From an uncultured Chloroflexia bacterium (GTDB lineage Bacteria; Chloroflexota; Limnocylindria; Limnocylindrales; CSP1-4), in NCBI GenBank assembly GCA_963724635.1, contig CAVRVI010000007.1, forward strand, positions 73,790-137,789: DNA of 64,000 nucleotides, given 5' to 3'. Under the pieces are notes generated by a model. It saw only the letters and a program-made list of their open reading frames with translations, was not told the origin of the DNA and searched no databases. Made by a program: the position numbers and the translations under genes. Each line of letters opens with the position of its first letter. Positions within the stretch are counted from its first letter, which is position 1. This document shows positions 51,962-62,157 of this stretch, one piece after another.

Positions 51962-52766
51962 ACAGGGTCACGATCGGAGCCGCGAAGAGGAACGAGTCCA
52001 CGCGGTCCAGCATCCCGCCGTGCCCGGGGATGAGGTCGCTCGAGTCCTTGGCGCCCGCCGCGCGCTTGAGCATGGATTCGGCGAGGTCGCCGGCCTGGGC
52101 GGACAGGGCGGCCAACGGCCCGAGCGCGAGCGCATGCAGCGGGTTCTGGCCCAATCCCCATAGGAAGAGCGCGACCACGACCGTGGTCGCCACGACGCCA
52201 CCGATGAGGCCGGCATACGTCTTCGAAGGGGAGATGTGGGTCAGGAACTTCTCGCGTCCGAACTGCTTGCCCACGAGATAGGCGCCGGTGTCGTACGACC
52301 ACACCGCAAGGATCAACAGCAGGATCCAGCCGCGCTCCGCGCCGAGGAAGCCCAGCGGGGCGTCGCTCGGGACGGCCGGCGCCGCGTGACCCAGGCGCAC
52401 GACGAACGCGAGCAGGCTGACGTAGAGCGCCCCGAACACCGTGCCGATCCAGGTCGCGAGGCCATCGCGTGGATCGGGGATCGGGAATGAGGCGACGGCG
52501 ATGCAGACGATCCCGACGGCGAGCAGGAGCAGGCCGCTGCCCTCCAGCACGTCCGGGAAGGTCGCCTCGACGACGACCAGGAGCGCCAGCACCGTGCCCA
52601 GCAGCGGCAGGTTCGGATGTCCGGACGAACGCAGGAGCGTGAAGACCTCACGCGCGGCGAGGACGGTGACGATGGCGATGGCCGCGGCGAGGACGACGCC
52701 GCCCAGGGCGAGGACGACGAGCAGGACCGGGACGAGGACGGCCGCGGTGATGGCACGCTGACGCAT
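51939..52766 (-). CDS. cdsA: Phosphatidate cytidylyltransferase
   Basis: DTGAY..G, ISPSKT, GDLAES.LKR..G.KDS...IPGHGG.LDR.DS. Confidence 0.95.
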   Translation of the reverse strand: MRQRAITAAVLVPVLLVVLALGGVVLAAAIAIVTVLAAREVFTLLRSSGHPNLPLLGTVLALLVVVEATFPDVLEGSGLLLLAVGIVCIAVASFPIPDPRDGLATWIGTVFGALYVSLLAFVVRLGHAAPAVPSDAPLGFLGAERGWILLLILAVWSYDTGAYLVGKQFGREKFLTHISPSKTYAGLIGGVVATTVVVALFLWGLGQNPLHALALGPLAALSAQAGDLAESMLKRAAGAKDSSDLIPGHGGMLDRVDSFLFAAPIVTLYVVAILG

Positions 52767-52778
52767 GGCGGGCCCGGC

Positions 52779-53597
52779 CTAGCGCCCGAACCGGCGTTGC
52801 CGGCGGGCGAACTCCCCGAGCGCCTCATCGAAGGCATCGGGCCCGAAGTCTGGCCACAGGGTCTCGCAGAAGTAGAACTCCGCGTAGGCGGATTGCCAGA
52901 TCAGGAAGTTGGAGAGCCGCTGCTCGCCACCGGTCCGGATGACGAGGTCCGGGTCCGGCAGGCCGGCCGTGTAGAGCGCCGTACCGATCGCGGCCTCGTC
53001 GATATCGTCGGGGGACATGCCGCTCGCGACGATGCGGCGGACCGCGTCCACGAGCTCCGTCCGTCCGGCGTAGTTGAAGGCGATGTTGAGCAGGAGACGG
53101 GTCCCTTCCTCGGTCGCGGCGATGGCCTCGCCGATCGACGCGCGGGTCTCGGACGGTAGCTCGTCGAGGCGGCCGAGCAAACGGACGCGCACACCCTGGC
53201 GTCGCAGCTCGTCGGTCTCGCTCCGGATCGCGGCCTCCAGCAGGCCGAACAGGCCGGTGACTTCGTCGTCGGAGCGGGCCCAGTTCTCGCGGCTGAATGC
53301 GTACAGGGTCAGGACGGGGACGCCGCGCCGGACCGCGTGGCGGAGCAGTTCGCGGATCGCCTCCACGCCGGCGGCATGACCGTCGAGCTCGGGGAGGTCG
53401 CGCTGGCGGGCCCAGCGCCGGTTGCCGTCCATGATGATCGCGACATGGCGCGGCAGGTCGTCGGGCGGGGTCGTGGCGCCATCGTCGGCGCGATCCACCG
53501 GGGTCGCGACCGGGACGACGGTGGCGCCGGTCGACGGCACCGGCTCGTGGGCCGACGGTGGGGCGTCGGTCGGTCGGGCCAGCGGGGTGCGAGCCAC
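52779..53597 (-). CDS. uppS: Undecaprenyl/polyprenyl diphosphate synthase
   Basis: HVAIIMDGNRRWA, YAFSRENW.R, DL.IRTGGE.RLSNFL.WQ. Confidence 0.95.
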   Translation of the reverse strand: MARTPLARPTDAPPSAHEPVPSTGATVVPVATPVDRADDGATTPPDDLPRHVAIIMDGNRRWARQRDLPELDGHAAGVEAIRELLRHAVRRGVPVLTLYAFSRENWARSDDEVTGLFGLLEAAIRSETDELRRQGVRVRLLGRLDELPSETRASIGEAIAATEEGTRLLLNIAFNYAGRTELVDAVRRIVASGMSPDDIDEAAIGTALYTAGLPDPDLVIRTGGEQRLSNFLIWQSAYAEFYFCETLWPDFGPDAFDEALGEFARRQRRFGR

Positions 53598-54154
53598 TAG
53601 ACCTCGAGGACCTCCTGTTCCTTGGCGGAACCCTTGCGGTCCACCTCGGCGATGTGCCGGTCGGTGGTCTTCTGGAGGACCTCCAACTGGCGATGCGATT
53701 CGTCCGCCCCGACCGTGCCGTCCCGCTCCTCCTTCTTGAGGTGGTCGGCGGCATCGCGACGCAGGTTGCGGATCTCCACGCGCGCCTCTTCCATGCGCTT
53801 GTGGACGACCTTGACCAGGTCCTTGCGACGGTCCTCGGTCAGCGGCGGGATATTGAGGCGCACGACGGTGCCATCGACGTTGGGCATGAGCCCGATGTCG
53901 CTCTTGGTGATCGCCTTCTCGATGGCGCCCAGGACGCCCCGGTCCCACGGCTGGATCACGATCTGGTGGGGCTCCGGCACGCTGATCCCGGCCAGCTGGT
54001 TGAGCGGGGTCTGGGTGCCGTAGTAGTCCACCGTGATCCGTTCCACGAGCTGGGTGGACGCGCGACCGGTGCGGATGCCCTGGAAATCGCGCTCCATCGC
54101 GTCGACGGCGCGCCCCATCTTGTGGTCAGCGTCGGCGATGATCTCGCTGCTCAT
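53597..54154 (-). CDS. frr: Ribosome recycling factor
   Basis: IRTGRA, DYYG..TPL, PPLTE.RR, RN.RRDA. Confidence 0.96.
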   Translation of the reverse strand: MSSEIIADADHKMGRAVDAMERDFQGIRTGRASTQLVERITVDYYGTQTPLNQLAGISVPEPHQIVIQPWDRGVLGAIEKAITKSDIGLMPNVDGTVVRLNIPPLTEDRRKDLVKVVHKRMEEARVEIRNLRRDAADHLKKEERDGTVGADESHRQLEVLQKTTDRHIAEVDRKGSAKEQEVLEV

Positions 54155-54940
54155 GCTGGCGCACCTCCGGCTGGGATCGGCGCCGAGACGGCGCTCGAGA
54201 TGCGGGTCCCGACCGGCTCGCCGGCCGCGACTCGCGTGATGTTGTCCGGGCGATTGAGATCGAAGACGACGATCGGCAGGTCGTTCTCCATGCACAGGCT
54301 GATCGCCGCGGCGTCCATGACCTTGAGCTGGTCACGGAGCAGGTCCGCGTACCCGAGTTCAGCGTAGCGCTGCGCGGTCGGGTTCGTCACGGGATCGGCG
54401 TCGTAGACGCCATCCACCTTGGTCGCCTTGAGCAGGACTTCGGCGTTGATCTCGACGGCCCGCAGCGCGGCCGCCGTATCGGTCGTGAAGTACGGGTTGC
54501 CGGTCCCGGCCACGAAGATCGTGACCCGGCCCTTCTCCAGGTGCCGGATCGCCCGGCGCCGGATGTACGGCTCGGCGACCTCGTTCATGGCGATGGCCGT
54601 CATGACCCGGGTTGGGACGCCGACCTTCTCGAGGGCGTCCTGGAGGGCGAGGCCGTTCATGACCGTCGCAAGCATGCCGATGTAGTCGCCGGTCGCGCGG
54701 TCCATCCCGCGCGCCGCGGCCGCCATGCCCCGGAAGATGTTGCCGCCACCGACCACGATGCCGACCTGGACGCCCAGGTGGACGACCTCACGGACCTGCT
54801 TGGCGATGAACGTGCAGAACTCCGGGTCGACGCCGTACGGGCGGTCGCCCAGCAGGGCCTCGCCGGACAGCTTGAGGAGGATCCGCCGGTACTGCGACCG
54901 TCGGATCCCCGGCGACCGTGGTGGCCGCCGGATCGCTCAC
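54151..54940 (-). CDS. pyrH: UMP kinase, frameshifts near 54780-54900
   Basis: [40 protein letters not shown]. Confidence 0.95.
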
Positions 54941-55536
54941 AGCTCCTCCCCGAGCGCGTAGCGGGTGAAGCGACGGACGCGGATGTTCTCGCCGATGGTG
55001 GCGATCTTCTCGTTGATGAGGTCGCTCACGCTGCGCTCCTCGTCGCGGAACGGCTGGTCGTACAGGCAGACCTGGCTGTACCACTTCTTGAGCTGACCTT
55101 CGACGATCTGCGGGCGGATCGCCTCGGGCTTCTTCTGGGTCGCCTCGTCGGCGAGGAGCTCGGCCTTCTTGGCCTCGAGGTCCGCCGCGGGGACCCGAGC
55201 CTGGTCCACGTACAGCGGGGAGAGGCCGGCGACCTGGACAGCAAGGTCGCGGACCAGCTTCTGGAACTCGTCGGTGCGCGCGACGAAGTCGGTCTCGCAG
55301 TTGACCTCGATGAGCACGCCGACGCGCCCACCGGTGTGGATGTAGCTGGACACGAGGCCTTCGCGCGCGTCGCGACCGGCCTTCTTGGCCGCGGCGGCCA
55401 GGCCCTTCTCGCGCAGCAGCGTGACCGCCGCGTCGAGGTCGCCGTCCGTCTCGGTCAGCGCCTTCTTGCAATCCATGAACCCGGCGCCGGTCCGTTCGCG
55501 CAGTTCCTTGACCAGCTCCGCCGAGATGTCCGCCAT
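54937..55536 (-). CDS. tsf: Elongation factor Ts (short form, 199 aa)
   Basis: [37 protein letters not shown]. Confidence 0.96.
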   Translation of the reverse strand: MADISAELVKELRERTGAGFMDCKKALTETDGDLDAAVTLLREKGLAAAAKKAGRDAREGLVSSYIHTGGRVGVLIEVNCETDFVARTDEFQKLVRDLAVQVAGLSPLYVDQARVPAADLEAKKAELLADEATQKKPEAIRPQIVEGQLKKWYSQVCLYDQPFRDEERSVSDLINEKIATIGENIRVRRFTRYALGEEL

Positions 55537-55699
55537 GAGAGTGGGTGCTCCTGTTCGTTCGCTGTGGGGTGGGCGCATCGCGTCCGCCCGTGTTGGGGTC
55601 GGGTGGTGGTCGGCCTGCTGGCCTCGACGGATCCGGGCCTTCAGCCCAGGGCGCCGCCGAGGCGTCGTGCGTGGGACCGACCGGGGTGGGTCCCCGAGG

Positions 55700-56665
55700 T
55701 CAGCCCGCGGTGTCCTCGGCCTTCTCGGCCGCTTCGCGGGCGAGCTCGGCGGCGATCTCCTCCGGGCTGGCCTCGGCCGGTTCGGCGACGGCCGCCTCGG
55801 CTCGGGCGACGCGGTCGCCGGGCAGCAGGTCGTCCTCGTCGGCATCGGGCTCGAACGTGAGCGCCGCGCCACCGGCCAGGGCCGCGACGAGTTCATCGGA
55901 GGCCCCCGGGACCTCTTCTTCCTCGCCGGTCTGGACGATCGGGGTCGTGTCGACCGCCTCGGGCTCGACCGAGCGCGCCGAACGCTCGCGGGCACCCTCG
56001 ATCGCCGCATCGGCAACGAGGGTGCAGAGCAGTCGGATGGCGCGGATCGCGTCGTCGTTGGCCGGGATGATGTAGTCGAGCTCGTCGGGATCGACGTTCG
56101 TGTCGCCGGTGCCGACGACCGGGATCTCCAGCTTGTTGGCCTCGGTCACGGCGATCCGCTCGCGATGGGGGTCGACGATGAAGACCAGCCCGGGGAGGCG
56201 CTTCATCTTGCGCATGCCGCCGACGGTGCCCTGGAGCTTGACCATCTCCTCGGTCAGCTTCGCGGCTTCCTTCTTGGTCATGCGCTCGAAGTCACCCGCC
56301 TGCTGGCGAGCCTCGAGCTGCTCGAGCAGGCCGATGCGCTTCTTGATCGTCGTGAAGTTGGTCAGCATGCCGCCGAGCCAGCGCTTCTGGACATATGGCA
56401 TGTTGGCGCGGGTCGCCTCGGTGACGACGGGCTCCTGGGCCTGCTTCTTGGTCCCCACGAAGAGGACCTGGTCGCCGCGGGCGACCGTCTCACGGACGGC
56501 CTCCAGGGCGACGTCCAGGCGCTGGACGGTCTGGGCGAGATCGATGATGTGGATCCCATTGCGCTCGGCAAAGATGAACGGCTTCATCTTGGGATTCCAG
56601 CGGCGGGTCTGATGGCCGAAGTGGACCCCGGCCTCGAGCAGCTGCCGCATCGAAACGGACGGCAC
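55700..56665 (-). CDS. rpsB: 30S ribosomal protein S2
   Basis: [35 protein letters not shown]. Confidence 0.97.
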   Translation of the reverse strand: MPSVSMRQLLEAGVHFGHQTRRWNPKMKPFIFAERNGIHIIDLAQTVQRLDVALEAVRETVARGDQVLFVGTKKQAQEPVVTEATRANMPYVQKRWLGGMLTNFTTIKKRIGLLEQLEARQQAGDFERMTKKEAAKLTEEMVKLQGTVGGMRKMKRLPGLVFIVDPHRERIAVTEANKLEIPVVGTGDTNVDPDELDYIIPANDDAIRAIRLLCTLVADAAIEGARERSARSVEPEAVDTTPIVQTGEEEEVPGASDELVAALAGGAALTFEPDADEDDLLPGDRVARAEAAVAEPAEASPEEIAAELAREAAEKAEDTAG

Positions 56666-56681
56666 GGTGAGCGACCTCCTG

Positions 56682-56772
56682 TTCGGTTCTTTCCTCCGCG
56701 GTCCGCCATGTCGTCGTCGGGGACCGGACGGCTGTCCGGCACCGCCCCGACCGGGACGATCCGCGTGTGTGC
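56682..56772 (-). promoter_or_regulatory. rpsB (S2) autoregulatory leader (t44-like)
   Basis: CACACACGCGG...GGTGC...CCGCGGAGG...AACC elements; -10 TACACT at 56858-56853. Confidence 0.7.
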
Positions 56773-56959
56773 TCCGCTCAGCGACCTGCCGGGCGGGCGG
56801 TTCACGATGTGCTGGCGGCTCGGTCGGTCAGACCGGTCCCGGGCCGCGGCGGAGTGTAGCACAGGGTCCGAAAACGACCCGATGAAAAGATCCGGGCCGC
56901 CGCGTCCCATACCGGTTGTAGGGTCGGTCTGAACCGACACCGCAAATCTTGGAAGGGAC

Positions 56960-57508
56960 ATGGACACCGATCTCGTGACCCGTGCACAACGCGGCGACCA
57001 GGAGGCATTCGCTGAACTGGTCTATGCCATCGCGGATCGGTTCCTGGCGGTGTCGCACCGGATCCTGAGCGACATCGAACTGGCCGAGGACGCCACGCAG
57101 CAGGCGCTGCTCAGCGTCTGGCAGGACCTTCCCCAGTTGCGTGACCCGGCCCGCTTCGAGGCCTGGTCATATCGGCTCCTCGTGCGCGCCTGCTACGCCG
57201 AGGGCCGGAGATCACGCCGGTGGGCGCCGAACCTGCGACTGCTATCGGTCGACGAGCCGATGGTGGTCGATGGCCTGAGCTCGGTCGTCGATCGAGACCA
57301 GCTCGAACGCGCCTTCCGGAGCCTTTCCATGAACCACCGGACGGTGGTGGTCCTGCACCACTACCTGGACCTGCCGCTCGATCGGGTCGCCGATATCGTC
57401 GGCGCGCCGCTCGGGACGGTCGGATCGAGATTGCATTACGCGACGCGGCAGCTGCGCTCGGCGCTCATCGACGACGCGCAGCCGACCGCCCGGGAGGTGG
57501 CGCGATGA
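56960..57508 (+). CDS. ECF sigma factor
   Basis: AQRGD.EAF..L, AEDATQ, LRDP.RF.AW, region 4 VVLH.Y.DL....VA...G.P.GTV.SRL. Confidence 0.92.
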   Translation: MDTDLVTRAQRGDQEAFAELVYAIADRFLAVSHRILSDIELAEDATQQALLSVWQDLPQLRDPARFEAWSYRLLVRACYAEGRRSRRWAPNLRLLSVDEPMVVDGLSSVVDRDQLERAFRSLSMNHRTVVVLHHYLDLPLDRVADIVGAPLGTVGSRLHYATRQLRSALIDDAQPTAREVAR

Positions 57509-58392
57509 GTGATTTCAACGCCTCCGACCGGGATGTCGACCGCGCCATCCGATCGTGGCTCCACCTGGACCGGCACGAGGACGCCTCCCGCGTCGCGGGG
57601 GCGGTGCTGGACCGGCTGGACACGACCCATCAGCGCCGCTCCTGGTGGCCGGCGTGGAGGTTCGCTGACATGAATGGCTACGCCAAGCTCCTCATCGCCG
57701 CGGCGGCCGTGGTGGTCGTCGCGGTCCTGGGCATCAGTCTGCTTCCCAGCGTCGGGAGCGGACCCGGCAACGCCCAGCCGTCGCCGTCGCCGAGCCCGAC
57801 GCCAGCGCCGTCGGCGGCGGCGCTCCCGGTCGCCGGCCAGATCCAGGCGGGAACGTACCGCGTCCCCGACAGCTCGATCCTGATCACGATGCCAGCGGGT
57901 TGGGATATCTCGGAGGGGTCCATCCGGAAGCATCGCGACCAGCCAGGTGAGCTCGCCGTGAGCTTCGCCAATCCGGCCATCGCGGTGTACCCGGATGCGT
58001 GCGCGAACGATGTCACCCCTCCTCGTGCCGGTCCGACGACCGATGACCTTCTGGCGGCGCTCCGCGCGCAGCAGAACTCGGATATCTCGGAACCGGTCGA
58101 TGTCACGGTCGGCGACGTCGAGGCTACCCGCGTCGAGGTCTCTGTCCCGGAAGGCTTGGACCTCGCCACGTGCTACGAGCAGATCCTGCGGATCTGGACC
58201 GCCCCAGGCACCGGCTACCTCGCCTTCGGCGGGGATCCGACGGGGCAGTACACCCCCACACCCATCTACCTCGCGCAGACCCCATCGGGGCGTGCCGTCT
58301 TCGATTTCGGCCACGCACCGGATGCGACGGCCGCCGACGTGGCCGAGCTCGACGCGATCGTCGGATCGATGGTGATCGAGCCCGCGCCGTAG
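57505..58392 (+). CDS. Putative single-TM anti-sigma factor with extracellular domain
   Basis: Translationally coupled to the sigma (ATGA); short cytoplasmic N-terminus, TM, PS-rich linker, two Cys in the extracellular domain. Confidence 0.65.
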   Translation: MSDFNASDRDVDRAIRSWLHLDRHEDASRVAGAVLDRLDTTHQRRSWWPAWRFADMNGYAKLLIAAAAVVVVAVLGISLLPSVGSGPGNAQPSPSPSPTPAPSAAALPVAGQIQAGTYRVPDSSILITMPAGWDISEGSIRKHRDQPGELAVSFANPAIAVYPDACANDVTPPRAGPTTDDLLAALRAQQNSDISEPVDVTVGDVEATRVEVSVPEGLDLATCYEQILRIWTAPGTGYLAFGGDPTGQYTPTPIYLAQTPSGRAVFDFGHAPDATAADVAELDAIVGSMVIEPAP

Positions 58393-58489
58393 CGGTCGGT
58401 TCCCGCGACTCGGCACTGGCGGGGCGTGGTGCCCCGCCAGTGTCAGGCATACCCACTGGGCGCCGAGGCCTGGCGCGCCACGGGCTGAC

Positions 58490-58894
58490 TCAGAGCGCCG
58501 CACGGTAGTGGCGGATCCGCGACTCCCCTCCCCGGCTGCCCGGTTCCACCACGACGAGGTCGAAACGGAGCGGCAGATGGCGGACGTCGTGATCGCCTCG
58601 CTCCAGCCACGCGAAGGCTGCCTGGCGAACTCGGGTCCGTTTTCGGTGATCCACGGTCTCCTCGGGGAGGCCGAAGTCGCGACGCGACCGCCACCGGACC
58701 TCGACGACGACGAGCATGCGTGGGGGACCCGGGTCGACCGCCACGAGATCGAGCTCACGGCGGCCGACATGGATGTTCCGGGCCAGGATGGTCCAACCCG
58801 CGTCCGCGAGATGCGCGGCGACCAGCGCCTCGGCGGCATCACCCGCCTGCTGGGCCGTGGTCCGCACCCGACGGAGCGGTTCGGGGCCATCCAT
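58490..58894 (-). CDS. yraN: YraN family endonuclease-like protein
   Basis: G..AE..V..HL...GW.ILARN, ELDLVA, VEV+.R, RFD.V. Confidence 0.9.
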   Translation of the reverse strand: MDGPEPLRRVRTTAQQAGDAAEALVAAHLADAGWTILARNIHVGRRELDLVAVDPGPPRMLVVVEVRWRSRRDFGLPEETVDHRKRTRVRQAAFAWLERGDHDVRHLPLRFDLVVVEPGSRGGESRIRHYRAAL

Positions 58895-58963
58895 GCGGAC
58901 GGATGGTCGCAGGCGGCGCTCATCCGACGGTCGTCGCTCGCTGCACCATCGGTTCGCGCCGAC

Positions 58964-59793
58964 TTATCCGGCACTCACCTCGATCGAGGCACCGGGCTCC
59001 GAGGGGTCGATCCCCGGGCCGGTGGCGACGATGTCGAGCGTCGCGAGGTCGAACGCGTCGAGGGCCGCGTCGTCGCTCATGACCGGCACGAGCTCGCGCT
59101 CGAGGAGCTCGTGGGTCGCGGGCGAGGCCGACGGGATCGGCCAGCAGGTCGAAGCTCGAGCTGGTCGCCGGCCAGCGTCCGCTGGAGCGCCAGGAACGAG
59201 CGCCGATGGAACGGCGTGAGCCCGAGTTCACGGATCGCCATCCGGTGCTCGAGCGTGGCGTAGCCCTGGTTGCGCTCCCAGCCGTAGCCCGGATAGCGCG
59301 CGGCCAGCCGCGTCATCATCCGGTCGCGCACGACCTTGGCGACGACCGACGCGCACGCGATCGAGTACACCTTGGCGTCGCCATCGACCACGTTCGTGTA
59401 CGGCCCGACCTGGGCCTCGAAGCCCGCGATCCGGTTGCCGTCGACGATGACGTGCTCGTGCCCACCGACCCGGGCGATCGCGCGGCGCATCGCGAGGTGC
59501 GTGGCGTGATAGATGTTGAGTTGGTCGATCTCCCGGACCGATGCGGCGCCGACCCCGATGGCGACCGCGCGCTGGCGGATCAGCGGCGCAAGGCGCTCGC
59601 GCTGGGCCATCGAGAGGGTCTTGGAGTCACGGACGCCGGGGATCCGATGGCAACCGGGCTTCATGATCACGGCCGCCGCGACGACGGCGCCACAGGTGGG
59701 GGCGACACCGACCTCGTCCACGCCGACGACTCGGCTCAGACCCTCGTTCCACAGGCGGCGCTCGAAACGGAGGGTCGGGACGATCACGGTCAT
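58964..59793 (-). CDS. rnhB: Ribonuclease HII with acidic tail, frameshift near 59150
   Basis: GVDEVG, RDSK.L, VDG, DGDA...SIACAS.VAKV.RD, GY.T..H, HRRSF. Confidence 0.9.
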
Positions 59794-59852
59794 CGCGGGA
59801 AGGGTAGCGCGAGTGGGCGCCGGGGCGCATCACCAGGCACCTGCCGTCCGAC

Positions 59853-60005
59853 TGGAACATCAGGTGTGCCGACATCGGGCCGGGACGTCGTTTGCAGGGC
59901 GGATCCAGGCCACGGGGCGGCGGATGGAACCAGCGATGTGCCAGCGGAGGCCGGAGGGGCACGTTGGCCGCGTCCCGAGGCCAGGTCGGCACACGTCATG
60001 TTCCA
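59853..60005. ncRNA. Candidate structured ncRNA or palindromic element in the rplS-rnhB intergenic region
   Basis: Nested perfect helices of 8, 10 and 7 bp enclosing an 83-nt branched apex. Confidence 0.45.
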
Positions 60006-60062
60006 CCGCACCGCCGCCGGGCGCGATCCGGAACGTGGCAGGTTCCGGTCCCCGGAATTGAA

Positions 60063-60088
60063 CGACCCCGCCGGTCTCGGCGGGGTCG
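60063..60088 (-). terminator. Hairpin downstream of rplS
   Basis: CGACCCCGCCG-GTCT-CGGCGGGGTCG, 11 bp; short U tract (TTCAATT) on the minus strand. Confidence 0.6.
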
Positions 60089-60108
60089 AGGGTCTGCGAG
60101 GGCCGCGG

Positions 60109-60456
60109 CTAGCTCGAGCGGCGCTCCCGCAGGGTGGCCGCCTTGCCCACGCGCTTGCGCAGGAAGTACAGCTGGGCGCGCCGGACCTGGCCGTGGCGGA
60201 CGACCTCGATCTTCTCGATGCGCGGGCTATGGATCTTGAAGGTCCGCTCCACGCCGACACCGGAGGCGATGCGGCGCACCGTGATCGAACGGGTGATGCC
60301 ACCGCCACGCAGGCGCATGACGGTCCCCTCGAACACCTGGATGCGCTCGCGGTTCCCCTCGACGACCTTGGCGGAGACCTTCACGGTGTCACCCGTGGCG
60401 AGCTCCGGCAGGTCGGTGCGGAGCTGATCCTGGACGATCTCGTCGAGCACGTTCAC
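60109..60456 (-). CDS. rplS: 50S ribosomal protein L19
   Basis: GDTV.V, EG.RERIQ.FEG, GVGVER.F..HSP, VRRA.LYFLR. Confidence 0.97.
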   Translation of the reverse strand: MNVLDEIVQDQLRTDLPELATGDTVKVSAKVVEGNRERIQVFEGTVMRLRGGGITRSITVRRIASGVGVERTFKIHSPRIEKIEVVRHGQVRRAQLYFLRKRVGKAATLRERRSS

Positions 60457-60568
60457 GCGGCGGTTCCTTGTAACGATCGTGGGCAGCCGAAGCTGCAAGT
60501 CGGTCATGTCGGAAAGGGCCGCGGAAACCCGCGACCGGCGCCGGAGTATAGCACGGGCTCCCAGCCTG

Positions 60569-61252
60569 TCAGTCGGCCCCGGCTGGCGGCAGCAGGTCCG
60601 GCCGACGTTCGCGGGTCCGCTCCAGCGACCGGTCGTGCCGCCACCGGGCGACCGCCCCGTGATCGCCCGAGGTCAGGATCTCCGGGACGTCGAGGCCGCG
60701 GAACGACGCGGGTCGCGTGTACTGCGGGTACTCGAGGAGCCCGTCGCTGAACGACTCCTCGGCGGTCGAGAGGTCGTCGATGGCGCCTGGCAGCAGGCGG
60801 ATGACCGCGTCGATGACGACGAGGGCCGGCAACTCCCCGCCGGTGACCACGTAGTCCCCGATCGAGAGCTCCAGATCGACGAACGCGCGGATCCGGTCGT
60901 CGACGCCTTCGTAGCGCGGACACACGAACACGAGGTGGCCGCGACCGGCAAGGTCGGCTGCGCGACCGTGGCTGAACATCTCGCCCGCCGGGTCGAGCAG
61001 GATCACCGTCGAATCGACACGGCGCACGGCCTCGATGGCCGCCACGACGGGCTCGACCCGCATGATCATGCCGGCGCCACCGCCGTATGGCGTGTCATCC
61101 ACCGATCGATGCCGGCCCAGGCCCCACTCGCGCAGGTCGTGGATGCGGATGGTCGCAAGCCCTTGTTCCTGGATGCGTCCCGGGATGCTCTCCGCGAGCG
61201 GGCCGGCGACCATCGCCGGGAACAACGTCAGGACCTCGATCTCGAGGGTCAT
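60569..61252 (-). CDS. trmD: tRNA (guanine37-N1)-methyltransferase
   Basis: [38 protein letters not shown]. Confidence 0.97.
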   Translation of the reverse strand: MTLEIEVLTLFPAMVAGPLAESIPGRIQEQGLATIRIHDLREWGLGRHRSVDDTPYGGGAGMIMRVEPVVAAIEAVRRVDSTVILLDPAGEMFSHGRAADLAGRGHLVFVCPRYEGVDDRIRAFVDLELSIGDYVVTGGELPALVVIDAVIRLLPGAIDDLSTAEESFSDGLLEYPQYTRPASFRGLDVPEILTSGDHGAVARWRHDRSLERTRERRPDLLPPAGAD

Positions 61253-61899
61253 GCGTCAGCTGAGGCGTCGCCGGTCGGTTCCGCCGTCGGCTTTCGCTTC
61301 CGGGAGGTCCGGCGCGGCGCCCGCGGTCGATCCTCGCCGGACGGGCGGACCTTGGGAGGCTGGAGGTCGAGCGCGTCCGCATCGATGACGATCTCGCCGC
61401 GGCGCGGCGCGAAGATCCGGATGAACGCCCGGACCGCCGGCAGGTCGAACGACCCGAACGGGCCGTCGGCCACGACGAAGACCTCGTTCTCGGCCACGCG
61501 GTAGATGTCCTTGACGACCCCCAGGTCGGTGCCGTCGAGGCCGGTCACGTGGCAGCCGATGACCTCGTGCCAGTAGACCTCCCCGCGGCGCAGATCGGCC
61601 GTGGGCCGGACCTCCGTCTCGAGGTAGGCCTCGCGCAGGGTGTCCGCGCCCTCCCGCGAGGTGATCTCGTGGAAGCGCACCCGCCAGCCCGGTCCGTCCT
61701 GGACGGCCTCCGCCGAAGCGATCGTGAGCGCCTGGTCCGTGCCTTCGCGGTACAGCACGGCGCCCGGCACGAACCGGCTCTCGGGTCGGTCGGTCAGGAT
61801 CTCCACGCGAACGGCGCCGTGAAGCCCGTGGACGCCCCGTACGAGGGCGACCACGAGCCGCTGGTTCGCCGACTCGAGGTCGTGGCCGTCGTCAGCCAC
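61249..61899 (-). CDS. rimM: 16S rRNA processing protein RimM
   Basis: HGL.G.V.V..LTD.P..RF, YWH..IG..V, PRC barrel; canonical position. Confidence 0.92.
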   Translation of the reverse strand: MADDGHDLESANQRLVVALVRGVHGLHGAVRVEILTDRPESRFVPGAVLYREGTDQALTIASAEAVQDGPGWRVRFHEITSREGADTLREAYLETEVRPTADLRRGEVYWHEVIGCHVTGLDGTDLGVVKDIYRVAENEVFVVADGPFGSFDLPAVRAFIRIFAPRRGEIVIDADALDLQPPKVRPSGEDRPRAPRRTSRKRKPTAEPTGDASADA

Positions 61900-61913
61900 C
61901 GGCGACGCCTCGC

Positions 61914-62147
61914 TCAGACGATCTCGAGCTGGACGGCTTCGCCATCGCGGGCCGCGGTGACCTTGAGGAGCGTGCGGAGCGCCTTGGCCACGCTGCCGTT
62001 GCGCCCGATGACCTTGCCCATGTCGTCTTCGGCGACATGGAGCTCGATGACGGTGGCGCCGTCCTCTTCGACGACCTCCACCTTGACGGCGTCGGGATCG
62101 TCGACCAGCGACTTCGCGACGTATTCGACCAGGTCCTTGGCTGCCAT
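61914..62147 (-). CDS. khpA: KH-domain RNA-binding protein KhpA
   Basis: LVD.PD.V.V, DMGKVIGRNG..AKALRT. Confidence 0.93.
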   Translation of the reverse strand: MAAKDLVEYVAKSLVDDPDAVKVEVVEEDGATVIELHVAEDDMGKVIGRNGSVAKALRTLLKVTAARDGEAVQLEIV

Positions 62148-62157
62148 CGTCGCGCTC

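Noticed and set aside
54937-55536. Truncated EF-Ts
   Set aside because: The ~200-aa form is an established variant in Thermus, cyanobacteria and Chloroflexota.
9900-59200. Numerous frameshifts as pseudogenisation or programmed frameshifting
   Set aside because: They hit essential genes (infB, pyrH, asd, ftsK, rnj), cluster regionally (21-27.5 kb), leave motifs intact on both sides and show no shared slippery site. Long-read indel errors explain them best.
59930-59970. SRP RNA helix 8 (GAGGCCGGAGGGGCAC)
   Set aside because: Only a loose resemblance to CAGG..GGAA..AGCAG, with key conserved bases missing; not called as SRP.
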